DNA of 64,000 bases, from positions 44,678 through 108,677 of the forward strand of contig CALEGP010000029.1 in NCBI GenBank assembly GCA_937876245.1, read 5' to 3'. This document shows positions 8,662 to 16,351 of the stretch, in pieces (position 1 is the first letter of the stretch; each line of letters starts with the position of its first letter). A model generated the notes under the pieces. The model was not told where the DNA came from. It saw nothing but the letters and a program-made list of their open reading frames with translations, and searched no databases. A program made the translations under genes and the position numbers. The stretch is from an uncultured Actinomycetes bacterium (GTDB lineage: Bacteria > Actinomycetota > Actinomycetes > Nanopelagicales > Nanopelagicaceae).

Positions 8662-9813
8662 CTACTTCGCGGCTATGAGTTTGAGTAAAACTACTTTAGT
8701 GAGACTATCGCGCTGAATTTTTACTTTTATCGTATCGCCCACGTTGTGCGAACGGATGCTTACTATCGCTTCATTGGGTGAGCTAATCGATTTCCCATCG
8801 ATTTCAATAATTACATCTCCGGGTTGGATGCCGGCCCCAGCTGCCGGTCCGCCAGGCGACACCGAGCCAAGTCCTGTAGCAACCTTTGCTCCTGTGCCAG
8901 TAAAACGCGTATCAAGGGAGACGCCCATAATTGGATATGTAGAACTGCCATTATTTATCAGTTGATCTGCAGTTTTCCGAGCTTGGTTGATAGGAATTGC
9001 AAAACCTAACCCAATCGATCCGCTCTGTCCGCCAAATGATGAACCTGTGGTGGCAATTGCCGAATTAATTCCTATTACCGCGCCAGAGAGGTCTACAAGT
9101 GGACCGCCGGAATTTCCTGGATTTATTGCAGCATCCGTTTGGAGAGCATTGATAAATGAACTTTCGCTGGTGCCATTACCTGATGTGACCGGGCGATTTT
9201 TTGCGCTGATAATTCCCGAAGTGACTGTTCCTGTTAATCCAAGAGGTGATCCAATTGCGATCACGCCATCTCCGACCTGAACTTTATCGCTATCACCAAG
9301 CTGGAGCGCAGGAGCATCTGTTACTGCGATTTTAATTACCGCTAGATCATAGGATATATCGCGACCTATTAACACGGCATCGTAATTCTTGCCATTCGCC
9401 AAATTGACGGTGATCTTGGCGCCGCTAGTCGCAGCTAAGGCAATCACATGGTTGTTGGTCAAAATATGGCCAACGCTATCTAAAAAGAAACCTGATCCAG
9501 TTCCGCCGGTATTTCCGCTACGAACTTCTATGGAAACAACTGAAGGAGAAACCCGAGCAGCAATTCCAGCAATTGAATCTGGCTTGCGCTCTATTACGCT
9601 CTTGGTTGCGACTAAATTAGTCCTAGAATCCAAATTTGCAGAAGTTCGACCGACAACGCTTCCGACAACGCCAGCGATAATCGCCATCGTTATTGCAATT
9701 CCGAAACCTACGCTTCGAGTATTTCGCTTTTTTATATCCTGAGCGGTTATCACTGGATGTTCAGATACCCACCATGGGGTGTCAGGAAGATTTGAATTAT
9801 CTTGCGAACTCAC
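8662..9813 (-). CDS. htrA: HtrA/DegP-family trypsin-like serine protease with PDZ domain
   Basis: N-terminal TM segment, catalytic motifs TNNHV, D(L)AVIK and GNSGGPL, and a C-terminal PDZ-like region. GTG start preceded by AGGAG. Confidence 0.85.
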   Translation of the reverse strand: MSSQDNSNLPDTPWWVSEHPVITAQDIKKRNTRSVGFGIAITMAIIAGVVGSVVGRTSANLDSRTNLVATKSVIERKPDSIAGIAARVSPSVVSIEVRSGNTGGTGSGFFLDSVGHILTNNHVIALAATSGAKITVNLANGKNYDAVLIGRDISYDLAVIKIAVTDAPALQLGDSDKVQVGDGVIAIGSPLGLTGTVTSGIISAKNRPVTSGNGTSESSFINALQTDAAINPGNSGGPLVDLSGAVIGINSAIATTGSSFGGQSGSIGLGFAIPINQARKTADQLINNGSSTYPIMGVSLDTRFTGTGAKVATGLGSVSPGGPAAGAGIQPGDVIIEIDGKSISSPNEAIVSIRSHNVGDTIKVKIQRDSLTKVVLLKLIAAK

Positions 9814-9825
9814 TTTTACTCCTAA

Positions 9826-10488
9826 TTAAATTTTCCGGGCGACAAGTACGCCGCCGCCAATAGGCAGAATCGTTGAACTCCATCTGGAATCCTCTTTAAT
9901 CGCCTTAATAGAATCGCGCCTTGCTATTGTCTGGAAGTCACGTTGCGTTGGATCAACGACCTTTCCCCCATCGAGAGCGTTATCAATTAATAGAACACCA
10001 TCCTCTTTTAAGAGCCGAAAGCTTTCTTGCACAACATCAACCATGTCCATCGGAGATCTCACAATCATTAGATCATAATTTGAATCGGCCAATTTTCCGA
10101 CGATTTCAATAATATTTCCTGTGATTAGTCTGAATCTTTGGGCAGAAATACCAGCTACTTCAAAAATTTCTTTGGCATTAGCAGAATGTTCTCGTTCAGA
10201 ATCTATTGATGTAAATGTTGCATCACTGGAGGCGCCATTAAATATCCAGAGCCCGCTTACGCCAGAACCGGTACCAATTTCAACGATAGATTTTGCCGAA
10301 ATAAGTCCGGTAAGAAAATTAATTAAGCCACCAACGCCAACTGTGGGATCTTCTGCGGCAATTTCGGCACCATTATTGCGAGCCTGCTGCATGAAGAAAT
10401 CTTCGTGCGGATAGTTTTCGGCAAATGCCGCCATATCCCCTCGCCTGGTCGGAACAGCACCATTTGTTGTCATATCGAAGTTAACCAT
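9826..10488 (-). CDS. Class I SAM-dependent O-methyltransferase (Rv1220c-like)
   Basis: SAM motif VEIGTGSGVSGLW. An alternative ATG at 10473 would give an ATGA overlap with the pepA stop. Confidence 0.8.
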   Translation of the reverse strand: MVNFDMTTNGAVPTRRGDMAAFAENYPHEDFFMQQARNNGAEIAAEDPTVGVGGLINFLTGLISAKSIVEIGTGSGVSGLWIFNGASSDATFTSIDSEREHSANAKEIFEVAGISAQRFRLITGNIIEIVGKLADSNYDLMIVRSPMDMVDVVQESFRLLKEDGVLLIDNALDGGKVVDPTQRDFQTIARRDSIKAIKEDSRWSSTILPIGGGVLVARKI

Positions 10489-11978
10489 TCCGTCAGCAGT
10501 CTTACGCCAAAACCAGTAGCGCCTTTTGGATTTTCTCCAGAATCACTCTCAGAACGTCCTGGTCCGGCGATATCTAGGTGCACCCATCTCCTATCTCCTG
10601 CGAAATGTTCTAGGAATAGAGCAGCTGTGATTGACCCGCCACTGAAATCAGGTTTCTCGGCCGTGTGATTTAAATCGGCGATGTCACTTGCGAGCGCAAT
10701 TTTGTAATCATCGACTAGAGGCATCTGCCAGACCCGCTCGCCAATGCGCTCGCCAACTTCGTGGAGCTCTTTAGCCAATTTGTTATCTCGGGTATACATC
10801 GCTGCATATTGTCGGCCAAGGCCGAGTGAAGCAGCTCCGGTCAGCGTTGCGATATCTATTAAATAATCGGGAGCCAATTCAGCATCCGCGTAAGCCAAGC
10901 CATCAGCCAATACCAGTCTTCCTTCGGCATCTGTATTTATTATCTCAACGCTCGTTCCGCCAAACTGAGTTATGACATCAGAAGGTCGTGGAGCCGTAGC
11001 CGAAAGCGAATTCTCGGCGCACATTAAGAGTCCAGTGACTCGCACTCTGGGCGCTGCAGTCCCCATTTCGGCAATTGCAATTACGGTCGCAAGAACTGCT
11101 GCCGCTCCCGCCATATCGGTTTTCATGCCGATCATTGATTCATATGGTCGCTTTAATGAAACACCGCCTGTGTCAAAGGTGATTCCTTTGCCCACCAACA
11201 CAACGTGGGGCCAATTTTTAGATCCCTTTGGCGCATAGGAAAGCTGTACCAATCTTGGGCCAGGTTTTGGTGATGAATTTCCAACTGCGATTAATGCGCC
11301 AAATTTAGCTAAGTCGGAGCCGCTCTTTATCTCTATCTTTAGCGCAGGTGAGTCAACTTTTTTTACCAATTTTTTTGCCTCCTGGGCTATCCAGAGAGGG
11401 TTCTTAATATTTGATGGCGTATGAATTAAATCTCGCGCTCGCCAAACTCCGTATCCAAGAGATTTAGCGCTTGCCATCTCTTTCGCAAAGGCCCCAACCA
11501 GAATAAATTGCGCAGGTTTTAGCTCATTGGGCGGCGGGCTTTTTTGAGACCAAGAATAACTTGCAAGAATTAGAGAAATGCTATGACTTCGAGCGCCTTC
11601 ACTGGTCTTTGTTAGGCCGTTTAAAATTATGGCGCCAGAGTTTTTAACTTTCCGAGCCAAGCTAGCCCCAGCCTTGCGTAGATCGCTTGGGGTATTTTTG
11701 CCAACTCCAACTAGATAAATTCTGGTTAATTTTCCCCCGTTGCCATCCACAGGGATTTCAATTAATTCTCCAGCCTTGCCAGTAGCATCAGGCCACATTT
11801 GTAACTGCTTGCCCAAGTCCAGGCCAAAGTATTTTTCCACTTGGCTGACAAGCTTGCGATGCCCAATTATTAAGCCCTCGCCATTTTCTGGCATATCTAG
11901 CGGGAGTGCGATCCCGGTAAAGCCTCGAAAATCTAATTGTGACCGTTGGACGCAATCAATTTTTGGCGCAAGCTTCAC
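10470..11978 (-). CDS. pepA: Leucyl aminopeptidase (M17)
   Basis: 502 aa with the M17 signature NTDAEGRLVLAD and VGKGITFDTGG. Confidence 0.9.
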   Translation of the reverse strand: MKLAPKIDCVQRSQLDFRGFTGIALPLDMPENGEGLIIGHRKLVSQVEKYFGLDLGKQLQMWPDATGKAGELIEIPVDGNGGKLTRIYLVGVGKNTPSDLRKAGASLARKVKNSGAIILNGLTKTSEGARSHSISLILASYSWSQKSPPPNELKPAQFILVGAFAKEMASAKSLGYGVWRARDLIHTPSNIKNPLWIAQEAKKLVKKVDSPALKIEIKSGSDLAKFGALIAVGNSSPKPGPRLVQLSYAPKGSKNWPHVVLVGKGITFDTGGVSLKRPYESMIGMKTDMAGAAAVLATVIAIAEMGTAAPRVRVTGLLMCAENSLSATAPRPSDVITQFGGTSVEIINTDAEGRLVLADGLAYADAELAPDYLIDIATLTGAASLGLGRQYAAMYTRDNKLAKELHEVGERIGERVWQMPLVDDYKIALASDIADLNHTAEKPDFSGGSITAALFLEHFAGDRRWVHLDIAGPGRSESDSGENPKGATGFGVRLLTEWLTSI

Positions 11979-12010
11979 GGTTATTGGCTAACTCGATTAG
12001 AAAAGTCTAA

Positions 12011-12190
12011 TTATTTCTTGACTAGAGAAACTGCTGCCTGAAGCGCATTGCTTAAATTTGTGGCTTCCTCGACATTTAGCTCGACAACTAGTCGGCCGCC
12101 ACCTTCCAATGGGATTCGCATCACAAAACTGCGAGCTTCCTTTGATACTTCCATGGGTCCATCTCCAGTACGAGGTTTCATGGCTGCCAT
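12011..12190 (-). CDS. DUF3117 family small protein (Rv1211-like), 59 aa; absent from the ORF track
   Basis: Reading the minus strand from ATG 12190 gives MAAMKPRTGDGPMEVSKEARSFVMRIPLEGGGRLVVELNVEEATNLSNALQAAVSLVKK*. This nearly matches the conserved actinobacterial MAAMKPRTGDGP...PLEGGGRLVVEL protein. AAGGAG lies 7 nt upstream. Confidence 0.8.
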   Translation of the reverse strand: MAAMKPRTGDGPMEVSKEARSFVMRIPLEGGGRLVVELNVEEATNLSNALQAAVSLVKK

Positions 12191-12302
12191 GTTTTACTCC
12201 TTTATAAATCAAACGGGGACAAATTTATGACTCGTGCATTTCTAAATGCAGTGGCTAAGTATCTCGCAAAAGCATGCCTGAACGGAAATTGAAAAAAGAG
12301 CG

Positions 12303-12491
12303 CTATTGGCCCTGATTTAACGCGGAAAGTAGACGAGACTTCCCACTCATGATAACGCTCTGAACTGCTCGTTCTGGCACTCCAAGACTCTCTGCAATCT
12401 CATTTGCTGACATCGAACGGATGTAATGCATGGTCAAAATAAATCGCTCCTCCTCAGGCAAGCTAGCTAGAAGTTCTGAGATTGCGCCCAT
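12303..12491 (-). CDS. Stand-alone sigma-70 region 4 (HTH) domain protein, 62 aa
   Basis: LPEEERFILTMHYIRSMSANEIAESLGVPERAVQSVIMSGKSRLLSAL matches the ECF sigma region 4.2 pattern. An in-frame TAA 4 codons upstream of the ATG excludes a longer sigma protein. Confidence 0.6.
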   Translation of the reverse strand: MGAISELLASLPEEERFILTMHYIRSMSANEIAESLGVPERAVQSVIMSGKSRLLSALNQGQ

Positions 12492-12541
12492 ATGCCAAGG
12501 TTACCTGCCCTGCTTCTACTTTTTAAGTCTTAAAATGCTGA

Positions 12542-13075
12542 CTAGGGAGTACAGGCTTGGATTGCGCTTGGAATATCATTGCACCAGGCCACTAATTGGT
12601 TTGATGGTGAGCCAATAAATTCGAGCTCGCTTAAATAATCTAGCGAAGTTTGTAATTGAGCAAAAGTTCCATATGGATCACATACCACTACTGGCTTATC
12701 GTGGTAATTCAATTTACGGCCAACCCAAATTTCAAAGAATTCCTCAAGAGTTCCGATGCCACCGGGCAACATAATGAAAGCGTCGGCAAGTTCCTCCATT
12801 TTAGCTTTTCTGGTTCTCATATCAGAGACCACATGCATCTTGGTACTTTCTGGATCTTCAAATTCTATCGAGACGAGTTTCTCAGGAATCACACCAAAAG
12901 TTTCTGCTCCGTTATTTCGAGCTCCTTTAGCCACAGAACCCATCATTGAAATTTGCCCGCCGCCCCAGACAAGATCCGCCCCGCTTTGTGCGATAGCAAC
13001 GCCAACATCAAAGGCCAGATCGATAAACTTTTGCTCAATATTTCTTGATGCTGAGCAATAAACGGCTATTCGCAT
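12542..13075 (-). CDS. LOG family protein (TIGR00730; nucleotide 5'-monophosphate nucleosidase/phosphoribohydrolase)
   Basis: Motifs VWGGG and PGGIGTLEE(F)FE, 177 aa. Confidence 0.85.
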   Translation of the reverse strand: MRIAVYCSASRNIEQKFIDLAFDVGVAIAQSGADLVWGGGQISMMGSVAKGARNNGAETFGVIPEKLVSIEFEDPESTKMHVVSDMRTRKAKMEELADAFIMLPGGIGTLEEFFEIWVGRKLNYHDKPVVVCDPYGTFAQLQTSLDYLSELEFIGSPSNQLVAWCNDIPSAIQACTP

Positions 13076-13120
13076 AATAAATGAAGTCTAGTAGTTAATT
13101 AGCTTTGGTAGCGTTATCTC

Positions 13121-14038
13121 ATGAGAAGCGCCTTTGGATTTGGAATTGCCACGACTACTAGTGCGGGCGAAGTTCTCGATGTCTGGTTTGCCTCATTAGG
13201 GCTCGGGAAGCTCGCCGAAACTACCGGACCCAATTTATCAGAATTCGCGGGAACTGACATGCTCCGGGATGTTGTCAGATCCGCAGTTGCAATTGAAATT
13301 AATTTAGATACTGCACCGCAATCGGTAGCAGATGCATACTTAAGACTTCATCTACTTTCCCATCGTATTGTTAAACCTCATGGTCAATCTTTAGATGGCC
13401 TCTTTGGAATTCTCAATAACGTGGTCTGGACATCGGCGGGGCCATGCGCTGTGTCAACATTTACTTCAGTAGCGCCCAAACTTCGCGCAAAGTACGGAGC
13501 TCTTACCGTGTTGAGCGTAGACAAATTTCCTCGCATGGTCGATTACGTAGTTCCAGAGGGAGTGCGCATTGCAGATGCTGATCGCGTGCGGCTTGGGGCC
13601 TACCTAGCAAGTGGAACAACTGTGATGCATGAGGGGTTTGTTAATTTCAATGCCGGAACTTTAGGTAATTCAATGGTTGAAGGTCGAATTAGCGCAGGCG
13701 TTGTTGTTGGCGACGGCAGTGATATTGGCGGCGGCGCATCAATCATGGGAACGCTAAGTGGTGGTGGCAAGCAAGTAATCTCAATTGGCGAACGATGCCT
13801 GCTGGGCGCCAATGCTGGAATAGGTATCTCTCTTGGAAATGACTGTGTTGTTGAATCGGGAACATATATAACTGCCGGATCTAAAATAACTTTGCCAGAT
13901 GGCGAGATTGTTAAGGCAAGTGAGCTATCGGGTGCAAATAATTTGTTATTCCGCCGCAATTCACAAACCGGTGCTCTTGAAGCCCTTCCCAAAACTGGTA
14001 GTTGGGGCGGACTAAATTCAGCTCTCCATGCAAACTAG
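13121..14038 (+). CDS. dapD: 2,3,4,5-tetrahydropyridine-2,6-dicarboxylate N-succinyltransferase
   Basis: 305 aa. Left-handed beta-helix hexapeptide repeats (GVVVGDGSDIGGGASIMG...) with an actinobacterial DapD-type N-domain. Confidence 0.8.
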   Translation: MRSAFGFGIATTTSAGEVLDVWFASLGLGKLAETTGPNLSEFAGTDMLRDVVRSAVAIEINLDTAPQSVADAYLRLHLLSHRIVKPHGQSLDGLFGILNNVVWTSAGPCAVSTFTSVAPKLRAKYGALTVLSVDKFPRMVDYVVPEGVRIADADRVRLGAYLASGTTVMHEGFVNFNAGTLGNSMVEGRISAGVVVGDGSDIGGGASIMGTLSGGGKQVISIGERCLLGANAGIGISLGNDCVVESGTYITAGSKITLPDGEIVKASELSGANNLLFRRNSQTGALEALPKTGSWGGLNSALHAN

Positions 14039-14050
14039 CTAAAATTAATT

Positions 14051-15316
14051 CTAAGGCGACGTTGCAGTTTGCGTTTCAGGAGTTTGCGTTTCAGGTGCCT
14101 CGGCTTTAGGCGGTAAATCGAACCAAGAGGAAGGCAACTTAACTGCAGTCTTAAAGAGCCCTACCGGCAAAGTTTTTGCTGCGCCGTCACTCGAAAACCC
14201 AGTTATGAAGAGAACGCTATTTGAAGCCGAACGCTCGGTAATTTCATACCTTGCAATATCCATCAAGCCAAAGGCCCTGGCCATTGCCTTCTGTGAAACT
14301 TTCTTCCGCCAACTTGCATAATTCTTATTTATTGTTGGGTCCACACTCCATGGATCGGCAATATTTAGTAAGTGTGGGATATGAGTCCCCCACACGTCAA
14401 AGGCGGTTTGAGTCATCCCGCCAGTTGAAGATGAGAAAAAAACTCTAATTGGATGTTGGTCAACTGTTATTGCCAATCCGTGATCGGAGTCTGTTGCCGT
14501 TGCATCTACCGCAGCTTTCCAGAGCTCGCCATACCTTGCCTCGCCCTCCTTGGCATATCCAACGAAAGCTTGATCATATTTAGAGTTATAGACGTGGCAA
14601 TCACATGCCTTTTTAATATTCTTCATCCGCATCAGGGCATAAGTGCGCGAAGCAATCACCTGACTTTCCAGCGCCGCCCGAGGCCACGAAGATGGGACTT
14701 CAGCAATCCCGTATAAATATTCATCATGCAGTCGTAGCAAATTTGTCGCTTCAATTCGCCGGCCGATGCCTTTTGCTTTAACCGATTTCAACTGAATGTA
14801 GCCATGGTTGAGTTTTATCTCCCTTCTGCCATTAACTAGCGACACTACGGAAGCCGGGTTGTTCCATTTAATTACCCAAATTTTTGCACTGCCTACTGGA
14901 CCCGCAATCAATTTTCCATTGATCTCAAAATTGAGTTCGGAATTTCCCTGAAGAGCCATCTCCTCCATTCCCTCGTTGTTGAGAGTAAAATAATCTCCGG
15001 CAGCAAGTGAAAGTTTCAGCTCCGAAACTTGGTGGGCTATGTTCACGCTGACTGTCGTAGAATCCAAAACTGGCGCCACTTGAGCATCAGGAAAATAGTA
15101 ATTTAGGATTTCCGTTGCACTTCTTCCCTCAAGTGCCTGGCCCTTTGCGCCATACTGGCTAAGTCCAACTCCGTGTCCGTATCCTGCTCCCTTAAAGATG
15201 AATCGCTTTGGTACTAGGGATTGCGCGGGCGAGTCTAGAGTCACTGGTGATTCCAACTCAGCGTAAGCCGGCACGGCTAAAGAGAAAATAATTAGCGCAA
15301 GAATGAAACGTTTCAT
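14051..15316 (-). CDS. Secreted SpoIID/LytB domain protein
   Basis: Start moved to ATG 15316 (MKRFILALIIFSLAVPAYA signal peptide), giving an ATGA overlap with the GT2 stop. SpoIID-like GYGHGVGLSQYGA motif. C-terminal PETQTPETQT comes from a perfect 15-bp tandem duplication. Confidence 0.8.
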   Translation of the reverse strand: MKRFILALIIFSLAVPAYAELESPVTLDSPAQSLVPKRFIFKGAGYGHGVGLSQYGAKGQALEGRSATEILNYYFPDAQVAPVLDSTTVSVNIAHQVSELKLSLAAGDYFTLNNEGMEEMALQGNSELNFEINGKLIAGPVGSAKIWVIKWNNPASVVSLVNGRREIKLNHGYIQLKSVKAKGIGRRIEATNLLRLHDEYLYGIAEVPSSWPRAALESQVIASRTYALMRMKNIKKACDCHVYNSKYDQAFVGYAKEGEARYGELWKAAVDATATDSDHGLAITVDQHPIRVFFSSSTGGMTQTAFDVWGTHIPHLLNIADPWSVDPTINKNYASWRKKVSQKAMARAFGLMDIARYEITERSASNSVLFITGFSSDGAAKTLPVGLFKTAVKLPSSWFDLPPKAEAPETQTPETQTATSP

Positions 15317-16311
15317 ACCGCTTGTGAAGATAATTCTACTTTTAATTTTTTTGGCGATGAAAGGTAGCCAGCGCCCCAAACCATATGCATGGTGGCCAAT
15401 ACTGCAGGAAGAGTTATTTTTTCTGCCAAAGATTTTCCGATTATAAATGAACCTAAAAGAATTGCAGCTAGATAGCCGGTTAGTGGAAGAAAGAACCAAA
15501 ATGAAAAAGTAAAACCTAAAATAATTGAAAGAGCATTTACTGCCACTGCGATTGGTGGGGCTAAATAACGTAAATTTACACTTCCTTTGTGGCTTCTAGA
15601 TACAGCTCGGCGCCAAGTTCCATATTGAAAATATTGTTTAGCTAGAGCCTTCAGCGTTGATCTTGGTCTATATGTCACAACTAGGGATGGGTCAAACCAG
15701 ATGACTCCTCCGTTTTTGCGAAGCCGAAAATTTAATTCCCAGTCTTGGGCTCTAGTGAATCGCTCGTCATATCCACCCACGGCGAGAAGTGCAGACTTAT
15801 TAAAAGTTCCGAGATAGACAGTATCCGATGGCCCTGCTTTGCCTCCGGTATGAAAACGAGAAGACCCAACACCAAGTGTCGAGCGCATTGCTGTCGCAAC
15901 AGCTTTTTCAAAGTTGTTCTTGCCAACCGCCGACATAATTCCACCAACATTTACCGCACCAGTTTCGCTAAGTAATTTAGCTGCTTGAGATAAGTAAGTT
16001 TCAGAAATTTCCGAATGTCCGTCAATCCGAGAAATAATAGGATATTTTGCTTTGGCAATTGCAACGTTTAACCCATCTGCTGTACGACCTGTTGAGTTTT
16101 CCACCAAGATAACTCGAGAATCTTGGCTAGCTAGTTGCTTTGCAATTTCATTGGTGCGGTCCTTCGATGGCCCAAGAGCCAAGATCACTTCAAAATTGCC
16201 GCTATATTTCTGGTTTAAAATCGCGCGAACGCTTTCTCCGAGGTTATTTTCCTCGTTCAGGATGGGCAGAATGACCGAAATCCCCGTTAAAGCCTCTGAA
16301 ACCTGATTCAT
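15313..16311 (-). CDS. Family 2 glycosyltransferase (ExoA-like) with C-terminal TM helices
   Basis: ISVILPILNEENNL start of the GT-A fold and a QDWELNFR motif. Start moved to ATG 16311 because the track extension would overlap the divergent ugd gene. Confidence 0.75.
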   Translation of the reverse strand: MNQVSEALTGISVILPILNEENNLGESVRAILNQKYSGNFEVILALGPSKDRTNEIAKQLASQDSRVILVENSTGRTADGLNVAIAKAKYPIISRIDGHSEISETYLSQAAKLLSETGAVNVGGIMSAVGKNNFEKAVATAMRSTLGVGSSRFHTGGKAGPSDTVYLGTFNKSALLAVGGYDERFTRAQDWELNFRLRKNGGVIWFDPSLVVTYRPRSTLKALAKQYFQYGTWRRAVSRSHKGSVNLRYLAPPIAVAVNALSIILGFTFSFWFFLPLTGYLAAILLGSFIIGKSLAEKITLPAVLATMHMVWGAGYLSSPKKLKVELSSQAV

Positions 16312-16351
16312 ATCTCCAACGGTAGCGTTACCTCGGACTAGTATCCGACAA

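Noticed and set aside
11997-12230. Track ORFs 11997..12212 (minus, 71 aa) and 12048..12230 (plus, 60 aa)
   Set aside because: Their compositions are Cys/Arg/Ser-rich and resemble no protein family. A different minus-strand frame encodes the well-conserved DUF3117 protein with a proper SD, so these are frame shadows.
12235-12250. Hairpin TGCATTT-CT-AAATGCA between the sigma-4 ORF and DUF3117
   Set aside because: The stem is AT-rich with a 2-nt loop and no downstream U-tract on the transcribed strand, which is not convincing as a terminator.
14066-14095. Perfect 15-bp tandem duplication (AGTTTGCGTTTCAGG x2)
   Set aside because: It lies inside the 3' end of the SpoIID-domain gene and simply encodes PETQT-PETQT in a low-complexity tail. 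It is a likely replication-slippage polymorphism, not a regulatory repeat or CRISPR-like array.
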